Positions 38,221-52,149 of a stretch of 64,000 bases of DNA are shown piece after piece (position 1 is the first letter of the stretch; each line of letters starts with the position of its first letter). Source of the DNA: Octopus bimaculoides (lineage: Eukaryota); assembly GCF_001194135.2 (NCBI RefSeq), contig NC_068991.1, positions 42,924,708 through 42,988,707 of the forward strand, written 5' to 3'. The notes under the pieces are model-generated. The model saw only the letters and a program-made list of their open reading frames with translations. It was not told the DNA's origin and searched no databases. The translations under genes and the position numbers were made by a program.

Positions 38221-38827
38221 CTTTTTGTCAAAAGTGGAAAAATATGTTACCCCACCCACACACACTGCAATATTTCATAATGTATTTTTTCTTCTTCTCT
38301 GTAAGCTTCTTCTAGCACTTGCTCCCTTCATAACTCATTTGAGGGAAAATTTTGCTGTAGCTGTGTACTTGGAACACTTACCATCTGAATACACTGTCAG
38401 TTTTTCAGTAATCATACTGTCCTGCCAACATGGTATTGACTTTTAATCAACTGCTTTCTCTCCATATTGAACAAAGCACTTCCCTATCAGTGTGGAGCCT
38501 GTGAAAGTCATGACCCCCTAAACAAGTTCCCTATTCACATGCCTCAGCTGGTAAGCTTTTCCTAAAAGCAGTTCAATTAAGTTTATGTATATTTTCATGG
38601 CTACTCTCAACTAGATTACAAACAAAAATTTTATATATCTCTCCTTTTATACTCATTCTGTCCCTCCTTCCTTTTACTTACTTCCTCTCCTTTGATTCCT
38701 CCCTCCCTCTCTCTTTCTCTCTCTCTCTTTGCTGTCTCTTCTATTTTTTCTCCTTATCCTTTGTCTTCTCCCTTTTCTTCCTCACAAATGTTTCAAAATG
38801 TTCATTTTAGTCATTTTTAACTATGAT

Positions 38828-38945
38828 TTAACCTTTTAGCATTTAAACCGGTTATATGTAGCCAAAATATTCTACCTGTCTATGTTAAAACCAACCAGAT
38901 ATGGCCTCTTACATTTACCTTATACTCTACTAAAAGTAAACAAGC
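38828..38945. mobile_element. piggyBac-type MITE, left half
   Basis: TTAA-CCTTTTAGCATTTAAACC.. start; similarity ends after about 115 bp. Confidence 0.6.
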
Positions 38946-41900
38946 TCCTTTATTAGTTGGAATAAAAGAAAAACATTGTGACTCATTTCTTTGAATCTAT
39001 GAAATACTGACTGATTTGGATTAAGAGGTTTGCTTAATTACTACATTTAGGCCAAGTAAAAGCAAAACAAATAAAAACTGCTAGCTTAAGAAACTGGTTA
39101 CTTAAATCTGCAGCATACCATTTGTTGTATATCTCTCTAAGCTGATATATTTCTTTAAATTAGATTGGCTGTATGATCTGCTAATCAAAATAGAATGTGA
39201 CCTCTTTAGAGGATTACCTTCAGTAATAAAACCAGGTGGTGAATAGTTGTCATTTGCTCAAATAACCTCTGTGTATATTATGAGAATATTAATTTATCAA
39301 TTGTACGGCTACACTAGTGTCATTTACTAATTTTTTCTTAATATGGATACTATTTATCATAGACATTAAAAATATAAATCTGCTCTGTGATACTGATGTT
39401 CTTGTATTTTGTAAGTATGAAAGATACTATGAGAGATACTGTAAGGAGGTAGGGGTAACTAACTGAGGTTAGTATCCTATTTTAATTCATACAGACTGGT
39501 GGGTAAAAGTAATACATTTGCAGCTAGTTTCAGGAGTATATATTCTGGAGAAAGATTAGGAAAAGTGTTTCATATATTGCCTAAAGGTGAGACAGTGATA
39601 CTATGAATTGCTTTGAGTGGGGCTTTGGTCATAGTGAGACAATTTGGTGGAGCAGGGATTTGTTGAGTCAGTAAAAGGTGAAAAAGGATGCCATTTAGTG
39701 TTAGATCTGAGGATGGTGGGTGAAAAATTTCCTGTCAAGTTGATGACTATATGGGGTTATGGTTTGAGGTGGGGATTTCCATACCTGATATGTAAATAAT
39801 AAATAAAATAGTGTGTAGCATAATTGAGCTTTGTTCCAGTTAGCAGCTGTCAGTGTAAAGTTTTGTTTCAGGTCAAACCCTCAGATATTTTGGTGTGTCC
39901 TGAGAACTGTAAGACCTACTCTATTAGTCACCTCCATCAATACACTTCCATTAATCTACTCCCCAAAATTTTCAGCCATTCAAGGCACTCAAATTGGTCT
40001 TCCTCTCAGCACTTCTTAAAACTTTTATTTTCTGCATTTAGCAGCTGTTTTTCTTTTCTCTCATGTTGACCATTGTGATTTTTTTCAGATGTGTGCATAT
40101 GTGTAATTTTAATTAATCAGTGAATTCTTGAGATTGATTTATAGACATAGGACATCTTGAAATATATATATTATATATATTAATGTTTCCAAGAAGGGAA
40201 GGTGTTATCAATGGTCCATGAAGTCATTGTGTACCAGTGTATCTTCAGATTATACCTTAGTCTTTTGTCTTGATTGTATACAGTCCAAGGCAAATTTAGT
40301 TTTTTTTCTGCAGCCATACACTCAGCTGTAGCTTAGATAATAACCATGCTGTATTGATGTAAATGTGTTACAGCAGGAGGCTTTCCTGTGCAAAGTAGAA
40401 CTTTAATGCAGAGTTAAAAACACTGGACTAATTATTTGATATATTAGTATATCTGCTTCTCATTTCAAGTCCTACCAAGTTGAACTTTCATCTTGTTTGC
40501 ACTGTTAATCTTATTAGTTGTAAACTTTTTGCATGCTATGTACCAAAAGAAGTTTTCCAATTACCTCTGCTTGTTGGACATTTTCACTAATAAGATTTTT
40601 TCAAGACCAAATCCACCATATGTTGTTTATGGGAATGAACAAGAATTATATGATCACCACTCAACTGTTGTTGATAATCATTCAGAACATTTTTTTAAAG
40701 TTAATATTTTACACTCCTTTATGAAACAAAAAGAATGTTGTGAATGTCTATATTTTATAGCAATACAGTTTGGAGTACGCAAACATCTAGATGAAGCTGG
40801 GAGTAGAATTTTAGAACACATCCTTATGGATATTCAAGTGAACTTATCCATTTAAGAAACTAAGCATGGAAAAAAAGCTGTAAAAATGATGTGTGAATGA
40901 GTGAAAGAGTAGATGCACATGCATACACATGCACACAATTAGTTTATATGAAGCTTTGGGATAAAAATCTATATAGTTCATTCTGACTGTTTTGTTTCCA
41001 TTCTCATTTTCCCTCCCCAGTTAATATATAATGTCTCTGCTATGCCAGTTGACTAATATATGAAGGTCTATTCTTTGTCTAATATAAGTGATATATATTT
41101 TTTCTAGCTGATATGGGAAATGTGCAGTTGTAAAATAATATACTAGAATTACAAATAAAAGGAAAGATGAAGCCTCTCTGAGAGAGCAGAAGTCTGATAA
41201 AAGCTGAAAAATTGATTGGTTAAAATGTCATCTAGACCCACCCTGTCGCTAAAGACAATACAGAAACAGTTATGCTATGAATGAATAAACATCCAAACTG
41301 TTGTTTACTCATAGTTAATCAATATTTTATTTATCTCCTGCAAGTGTGATAGTCCATTGGCTTGAGATTTCCCAATCAGCTATATTTTCCAATAGGTGAA
41401 TAGCCCCATTAACTAATGCTTATAAGTAATTTATTTTAATGTCTGCTACTATTACAGCTAACATAATGTTCCGTCATTCAACTTTAACTGTTTTCATTCT
41501 CTAATAAACTGACTCCTTCCATATTATCCTTTAACTTCCCATTTTCAACATCTCTACTCATGAGAACCAAGTTTATTGCTACTGTTGAAAGCACCAGATG
41601 CGGGAGAAAAGTTTTTCTGAATCATTATCAGCTTCAATTTTACTATTTTGACACCCAGGCTGTTAAAAACTACTAGCAATAACTAAGTTTTCTGGTATAT
41701 TTTCACTATCTAATAATATACTTTTCTTTGTTCTAGATTTCTTCTGTCAGTTTTACTGTCTCACTGTAGGGGTTAGGATGTTGCTGATAATGAAGAAGTA
41801 TTGCATCAGATTAACCATTTTGAAACCAACTCCACCACCTGAAAATGCTATTGATTATATGATATCAAATTGCTTGTTTTAATGCTCATCTTTAAATTAA

Positions 41901-42694
41901 AACTGTCCTTCATAATTTTATGTAAGAATCTTTTGTTTAATTATATTCCAAATAGCAGTTTAATAATCAAAAAATTATTTTGACTAGAACAACAATATCA
42001 TTAAAATTGTGAATAAGGGAAACATAGATGTCACAAGCCACAGTGAAGGCAACCTGTCGAGGAGGGTAGTACTTCTGAATTAAATATGGCAATATTGAGA
42101 GGATACTTTTAATCCTAAAAGACAACTTTACTAGTATTGGTAGCACAATAAAATGTACTCAATCCATGTTGTAAACTGGTTAGTAACAGGAATGGGGAAT
42201 CCAGCTAATAAACCATAGCAAAATCATGACAGCCACAAAAATGAAAATTGTGTATACAAGGGACCACTGCAGATAATAGTAGAGGGCTAGATGGAAACTG
42301 TATCTGAAAATCAATTTTTTTTCTTTTTAAATGCAGAAAATGAACATCAAACAACCCACTCTCCACCCAAACTTCTCTTGTCAAATGCAAAATTTCATGG
42401 TATAATGCAAGGTAGGTTTGAGGATATTGCAGAGATGTAAGCACATATCTACTCTTCATAGACAATGAACTTGAGTATAAAATCTTGTGGGTATATAACA
42501 GTGCTGGACTGTTGGAGTAGGTATTTTGATGCCAGAAAAATGGTTAGATAAAAATAATTTGTAGTATGTGATAGAATAACTAAGCTTAAGCTTGTCATAG
42601 ACAATACAACGGCCACAGCAATTTCTGCATATGCATCCCAATCAGAACTGAAAGATGAATAAAATAATTGTTTCTATGATTTCCTCTTACTTCA

Positions 42695-45563
42695 CCTACC
42701 GATCTGGTGGACACACTAGTCAAATTGATTACATCCTCGCCAAGAAACAGGAAAGATGGCTACTTATAAATGCCAGAACCTTCCCAGGTGAAGAATGCAC
42801 TCCATAACATAGATAAGTAGTTAGTGACTTCAGGAACAGGGCTAAACGGATGCCCAGAAGACAACCAGCATGAAGAAGAAGGGAAGGATCCTGCAAATGG
42901 ACAGAGATTTAGAGACATATTACTCGAAGCTTTTGACGAAATAGAGGGGGATATAGCATCACAGGATGTGGCAGACAGTTGGAGGTTTGTACGAGACAAC
43001 CTGTTGAGGGCTACTGACCAGATCTATGGATAGTGAAAAGTCCCTCTCAACCTAAGGTAACGTGGTGGAACAATGTAGTTGACAGGGCCATTAGGGAAAA
43101 GAAACAGGCATGGAAGGACTGGAAGAATGGTGGTAATAGGGAATTGTCTCAGATTCCCAGAAGGGAAGCTAGGAGACAGGTTTACTTAGCCAGAGGGGAA
43201 GCAGAAGAAAAAATTTGCCAGTGTTCTGCATCGTGAGGACTAAAGACTTGATGTGTTTAGTGTTGCAAGACAGTGTGTCAGAGAGAATCGTGATCTCATA
43301 GAAGAGAAATGTGTCCAGATGGATGATAGCTCACTTGCATTTAATGAGGCTGCAAGGAGAGAGACTTTGAGACGCCACTATGAAAGGTTGCTAAATGAAG
43401 AGAATGAATGGGAGAAAGAGAGTCTGCTGAATGTCGACCCAACAGAGGGAACAGCTATCCAAATTGACAGTACCTTGGTAGATAAAGCAATTAAGGGTAT
43501 GAAAACAGGGAATCACCACAGAGATGCTTAAAATATCAGGCGGTATTGGCTATAGTCTAGTTACCCATATAGTCAATCAGGTGATACATGACGGAGCCAT
43601 ACCCAATGACTGGTGTAGCAGCACCATAGTCAACTTCTACAAAGGTAAGGGTGATCTATTAGATATGAATAATTACAGAGGTATTAAGTTGTTGGATCAG
43701 GTAATGAAAGTCACAGAGAGGGTCATAGCCCAACTAATTAGGAAGAGTGTCAGTCTAGACAAGATGCAGTTTGGGTTTGTGCAAGGGAAAAGCATCACTG
43801 ATGCTATATTTCTGGTAAGACAGCTGCAGGAGAAATACCTAGCCAAAGATAAACCTCTGTACCTGGCTTTCGTTGACATGGAGAAAGCCTTTGACAGGGT
43901 CCCCCGATCCCTTATCTGGTGGTCAGTGTGGAAACTAGGAATAGATGAGTGGTTAGTGAGAGCTGTAAAAGCCATGTACAGGGATGCTGTCAGTAAGGTG
44001 AGGGCTGACAACGAGTACAGTGAAGAATTCCAGGTAGGGATCCACCAAGGGTCTATCTTCAGACCCTCTTATCATAGTTCTCCAAGCAGTAACAGACGAA
44101 TTCAAGACAGGATACCACTGGGAGCTTCTGTATACTGATGACCTTGCTCTAATAGCTGAGTCACTATCTGAACTAGAGACGTTTCAGGTATGGAAGCAAA
44201 GTCTAGAATCAAAGGGCCTTAGAGTCAATCTAGCAAAAACCAAAGTGTTAATAAGTAGGAAGGCAGACAAATCACAAATCCCTTCAGGTAGATGGCCCTG
44301 CTCGATCTGTAGAAAAGGTGTAGATAGAAACTCCATAAGATGTACCCGGTGTAAGCTATGGACACATAAGAGGTGCAGCAATATCAAAGGAAGACTAACT
44401 GGGAAGATAGTTTTTGTGTGTGACAAATGCTCAGGGGCAATAAACACTGAAAATGTGAAGAAAACAGTAGTTGATAGCTTCTGTTACCTAGGTGACCGGT
44501 CAGTAGCGGAATGGATGCTCTGAGAGTGTAGCTGCTAGAATAATAATAGCCTGGGCAAAGTTCAGAGAGCTCCTACTTCTGCTGGTGACAAAGGGCTTGT
44601 ATGATGCTTGTGTGCAAACAGCCATGCTACATGGCAGTGAAACATGGGCCTTGACTGATGAGGACATGCATAAGCTTGCAAGGGATGAAGCTAGTATGCT
44701 CCGCTGGATGTGTAATGTCAGTGTGCATACATGAGATTATAAGTGCCCTAAGAGAAAATTTGGACATAAGAAGCATCAGATGTGGTGTGCAAGAGAGACG
44801 ACTGCACTGGTATGGTCATGTGTTGCATATGGATGAGGACAGCTGTGTGGAAAAGCGTCACACCTTAGCAGTAGAGGGAACCTATGGAAGAGGTAGAGCC
44901 AGAAAGACCTGGGATGAGGTGGTGAAGCACAACCTTCAAACGTTGGGCCTCACCGAGGTGATGACAAGTGACCGAGACCTTTGGAGATATACTATGCTTG
45001 AGAAGACCCAGTAAGCTAAGTGAGACCGTAACCATGGCCTATGCCAGTGCAGCGTAACCGGCCCATTTAAGAGTACCCTTCAATCATTAGGCAATAAACT
45101 GCACTTGCAAAGACCTGTTGAGGCAAGTGAAGTCATTGTCGTGGCCGATGACAGTACCACCTGATTGGCACCCATGGCGGTGGCATGTAAAAAGCACCAT
45201 TCAAGCATGGTTGATGCCAATGCCGCCTGACTGGTCCTGTGCTGGTGGCACATAAAAAGCACCATTTGACTGTGGTTGTTGCCAGTGTTGCTTGACTGGC
45301 TCCCATGCCGGTGGCACTTAAAAAGCACCATTCAAGCGTGGTCGATGCCAGTACCGACTGACTGGCCCTCATGCCGATAGCATGTAAAAAGGACCCACTA
45401 CACTCTGAGTGGTTGGCATTAGGAAGGGCATCCAGCTGTAGAAACTTTGCCAGATCAGATTGAAGCCTAGTGCTGCCTTCTGTGTTGCCAGCCCTCAGTC
45501 AAACGATCCAACTCATGTCAGTATGGAAAGCAGACGTTAAACAATGATGATGCTGACGATGAA
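42695..45563 (+). mobile_element. RTE-clade LINE, 5'-truncated, with 8-bp TSD
   Basis: Same family as 6420-9302. ORF pieces 43253-43531, 43524-44138 (NYRGIKLLDQVMKVTERV..LAFVDMEKAFDRVPR) and 44658-45014; YADD changed to YTDD; (GAT)-like tail. TTACTTCA flanks both ends (42687-42694 and 45564-45571). Confidence 0.95.
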
Positions 45564-45649
45564 TTACTTCAATAGCAAATGACAGCAAATTTATTATCAT
45601 AGCCTTTAACTTTGACATGTTGAGCTACACCAATGTACTCGAAGGTTAT

Positions 45650-46700
45650 GGATATGGTACAAGGAATAAAGAGGAATTAAAGCTTTTGGTGTTCAACGAT
45701 GCAAATAGCCTAACCATTTGAAACTAACTTCAGGAAACCTGTCAGCCACTTGTTCAACAAGTCAAACGAATATGCAAATCAAATAGACTTCATACACATC
45801 AGGAAATGGGATATGCAACTACTATAGATATGAAATCTGTCATTGAACAATGTACCACACAACAAAGACTGGTGATTAATCTCTTTAAGATAAGAGCCTG
45901 AAGAGAGAGGTATGGAAAAGTATATCTTCACCGAAACAAAGGTTTAAGGAAACACTAGTTAATGCATATAACACAGTAAGAGGAGATAAACTTATAACAT
46001 AAAGGATGATTGGAAGTTGAAAAGACAGTCTAAATCTATGGAGCAGGTGCCAGCCAAGTATAAAGTGACCTGATAGTGAGGTGGTATGCTCAATAGTAGT
46101 AAAGCTAAGAAAGCAGCCTAGGGAGAAAATGGGGAGCAAGGAACAATATCATAACTAGAAGTTAAGTTAGATATCAAGTATACTTAGCAAGGAGAGAAGC
46201 TAAACATAAAAGATTTGTTTCTGTAATGAAGTAATTAGAAGCAGGAGATGTTCCACATTGCAAATCAGTGTATCAATGTAAATCAAAATAATGGGAAACA
46301 ATAAGTGACAGAGTAATAGCAGCATACTTGTCATCACTGATGCTGAGAAGAAAGATGTATCAGAATGTTACAAGAGGAGTGAGAGAAAGGGGGTGGGGGA
46401 AGACTCAACGGAGGAGCCAAGTTGACAGTGATACAGTCAAAAACACAGTTATGAATATGAAGGCAGGGAAAGTAGCAGAACCTTTAGGGATAATTGCTGA
46501 AAATATCTGGCAAAGTAGAACATGTGTTAGTCATTTGCATAGTCAGTCAGGGAGTGCAAGAAAGTGTCACATCCAGTGACTGGCATAGCAGTATCATCAT
46601 CAACTGTTACTAAGGCAAAAGTGATGCTCTCAAAAGAAGCAACTACAGAGCTAAGTTATGAAAGTTACTGAATGTTATAGAACAACTGATTATGAAGAGA
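45650..46700 (+). mobile_element. Very old RTE-clade LINE remnant
   Basis: aactaacttcaggaaacctgtcagccac (TNFRKPVSH), NMKAGKVAEPLGIIAE and PSDWHSSIIINCY*GKSDALKRSNYR; interrupted by a MITE at 46707. Confidence 0.7.
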
Positions 46701-46706
46701 ATTACT

Positions 46707-46899
46707 TTAACCCTTTAGCATTTAAACCAGCCATATCCAGCCCAAATATCATGTCTGTTTTATGTTCAAACTGGTTAGATCCTGCCTCTCACATCTACCT
46801 GACAATATCATTCTAAAAGTAAACAATCACACCGTTGAAATCTCAAAGTTATGAGATAATGCATTACATTTGGCAATAGTCTGAATATTAAAGAGTTAA
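46707..46899. mobile_element. piggyBac-type MITE copy
   Basis: TTAA-CCCTTTAGCATT ... AATATTAAAGAG-TTAA; about 30 bp shorter than the other copies. Confidence 0.8.
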
Positions 46900-49800
46900 A
46901 GAAGATGCAGTTCATGTTTTCTAGATTTAATCCTACAAGTGTCTCCTGCTAAAGCCCTGACCAACCAATATATTATGAGTGAATTTGGTAGACAGAGCTG
47001 CTACACAGAAGTTCATGTGTGACTTGTATTTGTTACTCTCCATAAATTGCCTTTCTCTTAACACTGTTTAACAACTGGCATTGACTGTATACTCTTTCAC
47101 TACTTAGCAGATTGATGAAAAGACACTGATTAGAATAAATGCTGGACTTAAATAAATTCTGGGTGTCAATTTGGTCAATAAAATCGTTTAAAGCAATGCC
47201 CTAGCATGATTGCAATCCAATGTCTGAAACCAATACAAAAGTGTATTTCATTAGAAATGTAGTCACAAAATTGTTGAAAGTTGGCACTTCTGGGATATAA
47301 AGTCTTTTTTTTTTTCTGTTTTTCACTCCTTCATCCTACTGTCCACGAGTATTGGTGAATCTTTTTTGAAACTATAAGCCTTCCTTTGTTCAAATTTTAA
47401 TTTACTTTACAACATGCTTCTCACAAATTCAGTTCTTTCTCTAATTTTATTATAATTGAAGAGTTTGAACGGAAATAGAATCTTTTTTGTAAATATTTGC
47501 TTCTTTGAGTTTACGTTTGATGTCTTTTTTGTTTAAAAAAATGTTCATTCTTTTAGTATGTATTGTTTTAATTGCTATTTGTTTTAATTAGATCAATAAC
47601 AAATATTCTTTACTTTCAACATGAAATTGTATTGGATTTCTTGTAAATATTTGAAATTTAAAGAATCTTTTATCTTTTTAATTGTTTTGAAAATAGTTAT
47701 AAACATACTATCCTACTATTTCCCCATATCTCTCTCTCTCTCTCGTTTTTTTTTTTAAAAATTTTTTATTCTTCCAGAAATTTCTTTTGCAAGCTAAAGA
47801 TTTTAGTTCCATAAGACCACTTACAATTGCTGAAACTAAGAGACTATAAGAGGAGCTAATTTTCTCACACTATTTCTCATAGTTTGTTTTTGCTGTCACT
47901 GTTAGTAGTTTCCTTTTTAGTAGAGGGTAGCAATAGTTTCTAAAATGATACATCACATTAAAGTATTAGTAGCTTAAATCATTAAAGGGTGTTGTAAAAT
48001 TTTGGAATCTAAGGATTTTTTTTTCTTTTATTAGAATTCAACTTAAATTAGTTTCCCTGTTAATTAACTACAAAATAGTTGGTTTATTTATGGGTTTGTT
48101 TTGTTTTTTTTTTCCTGTAGTTCTCATTTGCTTTCATTAGTATGTCATTGTTGCTAGCAAGGAATGTGCCAACCTGAAAATATTTTCTTAGTGAATCAAA
48201 GATCTCAAAGAGCATTGTTACAGTAAAGCTGACATCCATGATGATTCAAGTAAAAATCAAACTTATTTTGATTATCAAATAGACGAACTTTCCTGTGGAC
48301 TATTTATTGCAAACCATCGCCAACTTAGATTCCAGATTTTACTTTGTTTATATACTATTACCTTATGTCTTTGTCATTTCTATTGAATTGTTAAATTGTT
48401 TAGAATCTAAAATATTTTTGGATGAACAGAATATATCATTGATTCACAATTGGAAGTGTTGTTCTGAATTTTTTAAGCCTTTAAATTCTCTGCAATTGAA
48501 TTTGTAGAATCTAGTCCAATGACTCTAGGTTCTTAGTTCCAAGCCACCTGAAATTTAACATAGCATTTCATATTAGTTTTCGATATTAGTGCCCAGCTTC
48601 TTTTTACATTTTGATTGCAGTTAACATAAGAGCTGTCAACTAGTAAATTTTTCTTTTCTTTTTATAGATTCTGTATTTATTTGTTTATATATACTCCTGT
48701 TTTTATTATTGCTTTGTTTCTATCAGATGTTCTTTCCAAACTACTGTTTTTAAGTTGCAAGGTATTGTCAGTATCCTACTGTTGTATGCTGCTTGCTAGT
48801 CAGTAGCAGTTATGTCTGATAGCACCCCTTTTTTTTTCTCTTTTTAAAAAGAAATGTCTATTGCAGTGGAAAATAATTTTGTATGCTAGTTGTCCTCAAT
48901 ATTTACTTAAAAAAAAATTTCATTTGATAGTGGGCTGTTTAAAAAATTGAATATTTTGAAAAATTATTGATAAAACTCTTGAGCTGCTGTACCTGCTTAG
49001 TTTGATAATATTGATTTATTAACTAATCTGTCCTGAAAAGCTTTCACAGCAGCCTGAAAGCTATGTACGTATGTATGTATGTATAGTAGAGAGAAGGGTT
49101 TTGTGGGTGGAAGAGAGAGAGAAAGCAAGAAAGATTGTATCTACTCTTGCCAAAGCAGTTTTATACAGAAATTTTGTGGAAAGAAGTTTGTGTTCATTTT
49201 AATCTCTGTTCTTCTGTATCAACTTGGATTTATAGGTCTTCTGTACTGTATATCATCACACTTTCCAATCTTGTATGAGGCCAACATTTAACAATCTAAC
49301 TCTAAGGTTAGATATCTTCCTATATCCTTCCCTGTTCTTTGTTTACATACAATTAACGTTCCTTCAACCAACTATTTGCCATTCTTTGGCATCAAATGTA
49401 TTTCAGCTTTGACTCATTCATAGCAGATAACTGATAGCACCATCCTAAGTATATCCTTCCATTTCCTTCCTACAAACAAAGCTCACAACACAAATAACTC
49501 CCAAGTGGTCCGGTGAGGTTGTAGAAGCAAAGAACACTACCTATGACATAGAAAGTGAGTGATCCATCTGGAAAGCAAATGATGGCTATATACATTGCTT
49601 GACAAGCTCTCTTAACTCCCAAATTACCATCAGACCTTGTTTCTTGCTAAGATCTCTACTGACTCAGGTATTCCTATTATTATCCTTTAACTAAAAGAAA
49701 TCTATAAGCTGCATTGTTGCAGATAAATACACCACGTTTTTCCTATTTTGATTCCAGTTCAGTGTTGTTTACATACAAAATCCTCTAAACCGACTCTTCT

Positions 49801-51354
49801 TCTTGATCTTTATCTTCTTCATCACCAACCTATCACCCTCACTTTCAACATTTCAAAGGGATAGAGACCCTTTTAAGCAACCACTTCCTTCACTAAATTG
49901 TATCACTTTCTCTTCTCTACAATCATCAGCACAATTTCTATAGAATCAGAACTATTGCAAACTGCACTTACCATGTTACAATCAACTGATATTTTAATCT
50001 TAAGAACTTTTATAAAAGCAATGTTAGTGCTCTTGATATCAAACTTTTGTCTATTCTTGATGCAAAAATCTCTAGCTAAGTCATTTGTCTATATGTTCTA
50101 GCCATCTCTCATCTCTTGTATTGGCTGATTCATGCCTGACTATCTTATTGCTTTCTTCTCTCTTCTGTATGTTAATGATCTTTACAATCAAGTCTTATTA
50201 GAATGACTTACTATTGTCATTTCTAACCACACACACACTGGGACAGATGATATCGCCCCCAACAAGAAAGCCTGCGTGCACTCAACATGGTAGGTTAACA
50301 TTTAAATCTCCCTCACATCAGACCTTACTGTTCTTATAAAATCGAGACATTAGGAACTATAGTTCTAGATACACAAAACAAGAGATTGGTTAGAGCTAAA
50401 ATACTTTTGATCAAGGGTCTGCTTGATGAGGGCTGAACTGGGGCTAAACAATTCCCTAACATTCTGCATGCATGCCTCGTTCACATACAGCCTAGACATC
50501 TCACTCTAGGTTCAGTGCCTTAAAGAGTAAGGAGAATGAGTTTTAATGTTTATTTTGTTCTCTAGGGGGTTAATTCAGCTTCAGCTAGTCGTTGCGGCTT
50601 GATACCCACAGCTATGTTATTGAACTAGCATGATAATAAAGTGATAGTCTATGGCTTACACACACACACACACACATAATGATGAGTAACCTTCATAGCT
50701 ATTCTTACTGAAGTGGGTCAGCAGGGACTTTTTCCTTTATTACCAATGAAGACTGTTATATATGTCACCCTACACTTCTTATAAGATGCTCATTGTCTAG
50801 TGTTTGTTGACTCGGCTTTTTTCAATGTTCTCACACAAGGAAACATTTACTCATTGAAAGATAATAAGTAGACAATACTAACAATAGTTTTGAAAAAGAT
50901 TTATGCTATGTAAATAAAGTTTATGAAGAAAATATTTTTCTGTATAGAAGTATTTTGTGGTACAAACCCCAACCCTCACTCCACCTTGTCACAGCTATGT
51001 ACAACCAACCAGTTAGTTTGACCTTGACTAGAAGTTGACTGGGAGTAAAGGAATTTTGTGTTTTTATTTTGTAAATGTGACTGTAGCATTTTATTTCCAG
51101 TGTTGAAGAGTGGCTGGGAACTTCAAGGCACAGATTTTGCTTTGAGTATGTCATAATTTTACAGCATGTTAATTGTAAAGTACTGCAAATGTAGATGTTA
51201 GGAATGTAACGTGAAATGCTGATATTAGTTTTTCAAGTACTCATTTTTATATTTGTGATAGCCCTTAATATAGACACCAATAAAGCTTGTTTAGCAAACA
51301 ATATTGCATATAGTGTATTTGTATAAAGAAATGGTAAAGTTTTGTGTGTGTAAG

Positions 51355-51770
51355 TGCAGGTACAGACATGGTTGTGCAGTGAAAATCTGTTTCCTAGCTA
51401 CATGGTTTTGGATTCAATCCAACTGCATGTCACTTTGGGCAGGTGTTTTCTATTACAGCCCCAAGCTGACCAAAGCCTTGCGAGTTGATTTGGTAGATGT
51501 AACCTGAAAGAAGCCATCCATATATGTGCTAATGTGAGTGTGTATGTGTGAGTTACTGTCTCTTTGCCTTGACGTTGCATGATAGCTGTAAATGAGTGTC
51601 ACTCTAACGGAAGCAGTCATTCATTTCCAATCTTCTGTGAAAAATATGTCTCACAATGAGGATTATTACATTACTTGGAAACAGGTAAGGGTTGTAGAAA
51701 ATCTACCTCAACAAATTCTGTATGACTGATGCAAGGATGAAAAAGTAGACATTAAGCAATGGTGGTGATT
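51355..51770 (+). mobile_element. tRNA-derived SINE with RTE-like tail, decayed
   Basis: Colinear with 18864-19285 (ccaaagccttg..tttggtagatg..ctgaaagaagcc..cattcatttccaat..tacttggaaacaggtaaggg). Confidence 0.7.
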
Positions 51771-51774
51771 TATG

Positions 51775-51794
51775 TGTATATACGTTTGTGTGTG

Positions 51795-51870
<76 letters not shown>

Positions 51871-51954
51871 GTGTGTGTGTATATATATGTATATACATAT
51901 ATGTGTGTGTGTGTGTGTGTATGTATATATACACATATATATATATATATATAT

Positions 51955-51991
<37 letters not shown>

Positions 51992-52140
51992 TATATATAT
52001 TTGTATACATGTATTTATGTGTGTATATATTTATGTATGCATGTATTTATTTATGTATGTGTGTATTAAAATGTTTATAAATTCCATTCAAAGATTATTG
52101 CTATATGTATGTATGCATGTGTGTGTGTGCGTGTGTGTAT
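51775..52140. repeat. Compound (AT)n/(GT)n/(ATGT)n microsatellite tract
   Basis: Read directly; it is the source of the spurious IYIYI ORFs. Confidence 0.95.
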
Positions 52141-52149
52141 GGATCAAAA

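Noticed and set aside
40493-40855. 120-aa plus-strand ORF as a nested gene
   Set aside because: No recognisable domain or splice context; the opposite strand has a weak YGGFGL thumb-like motif suggesting an ancient LINE, too decayed to call.
41740-41880. Candidate next Ena exon containing PTPPP
   Set aside because: Both nearby acceptors give stops in the required phase-1 frame, and there is no good donor.
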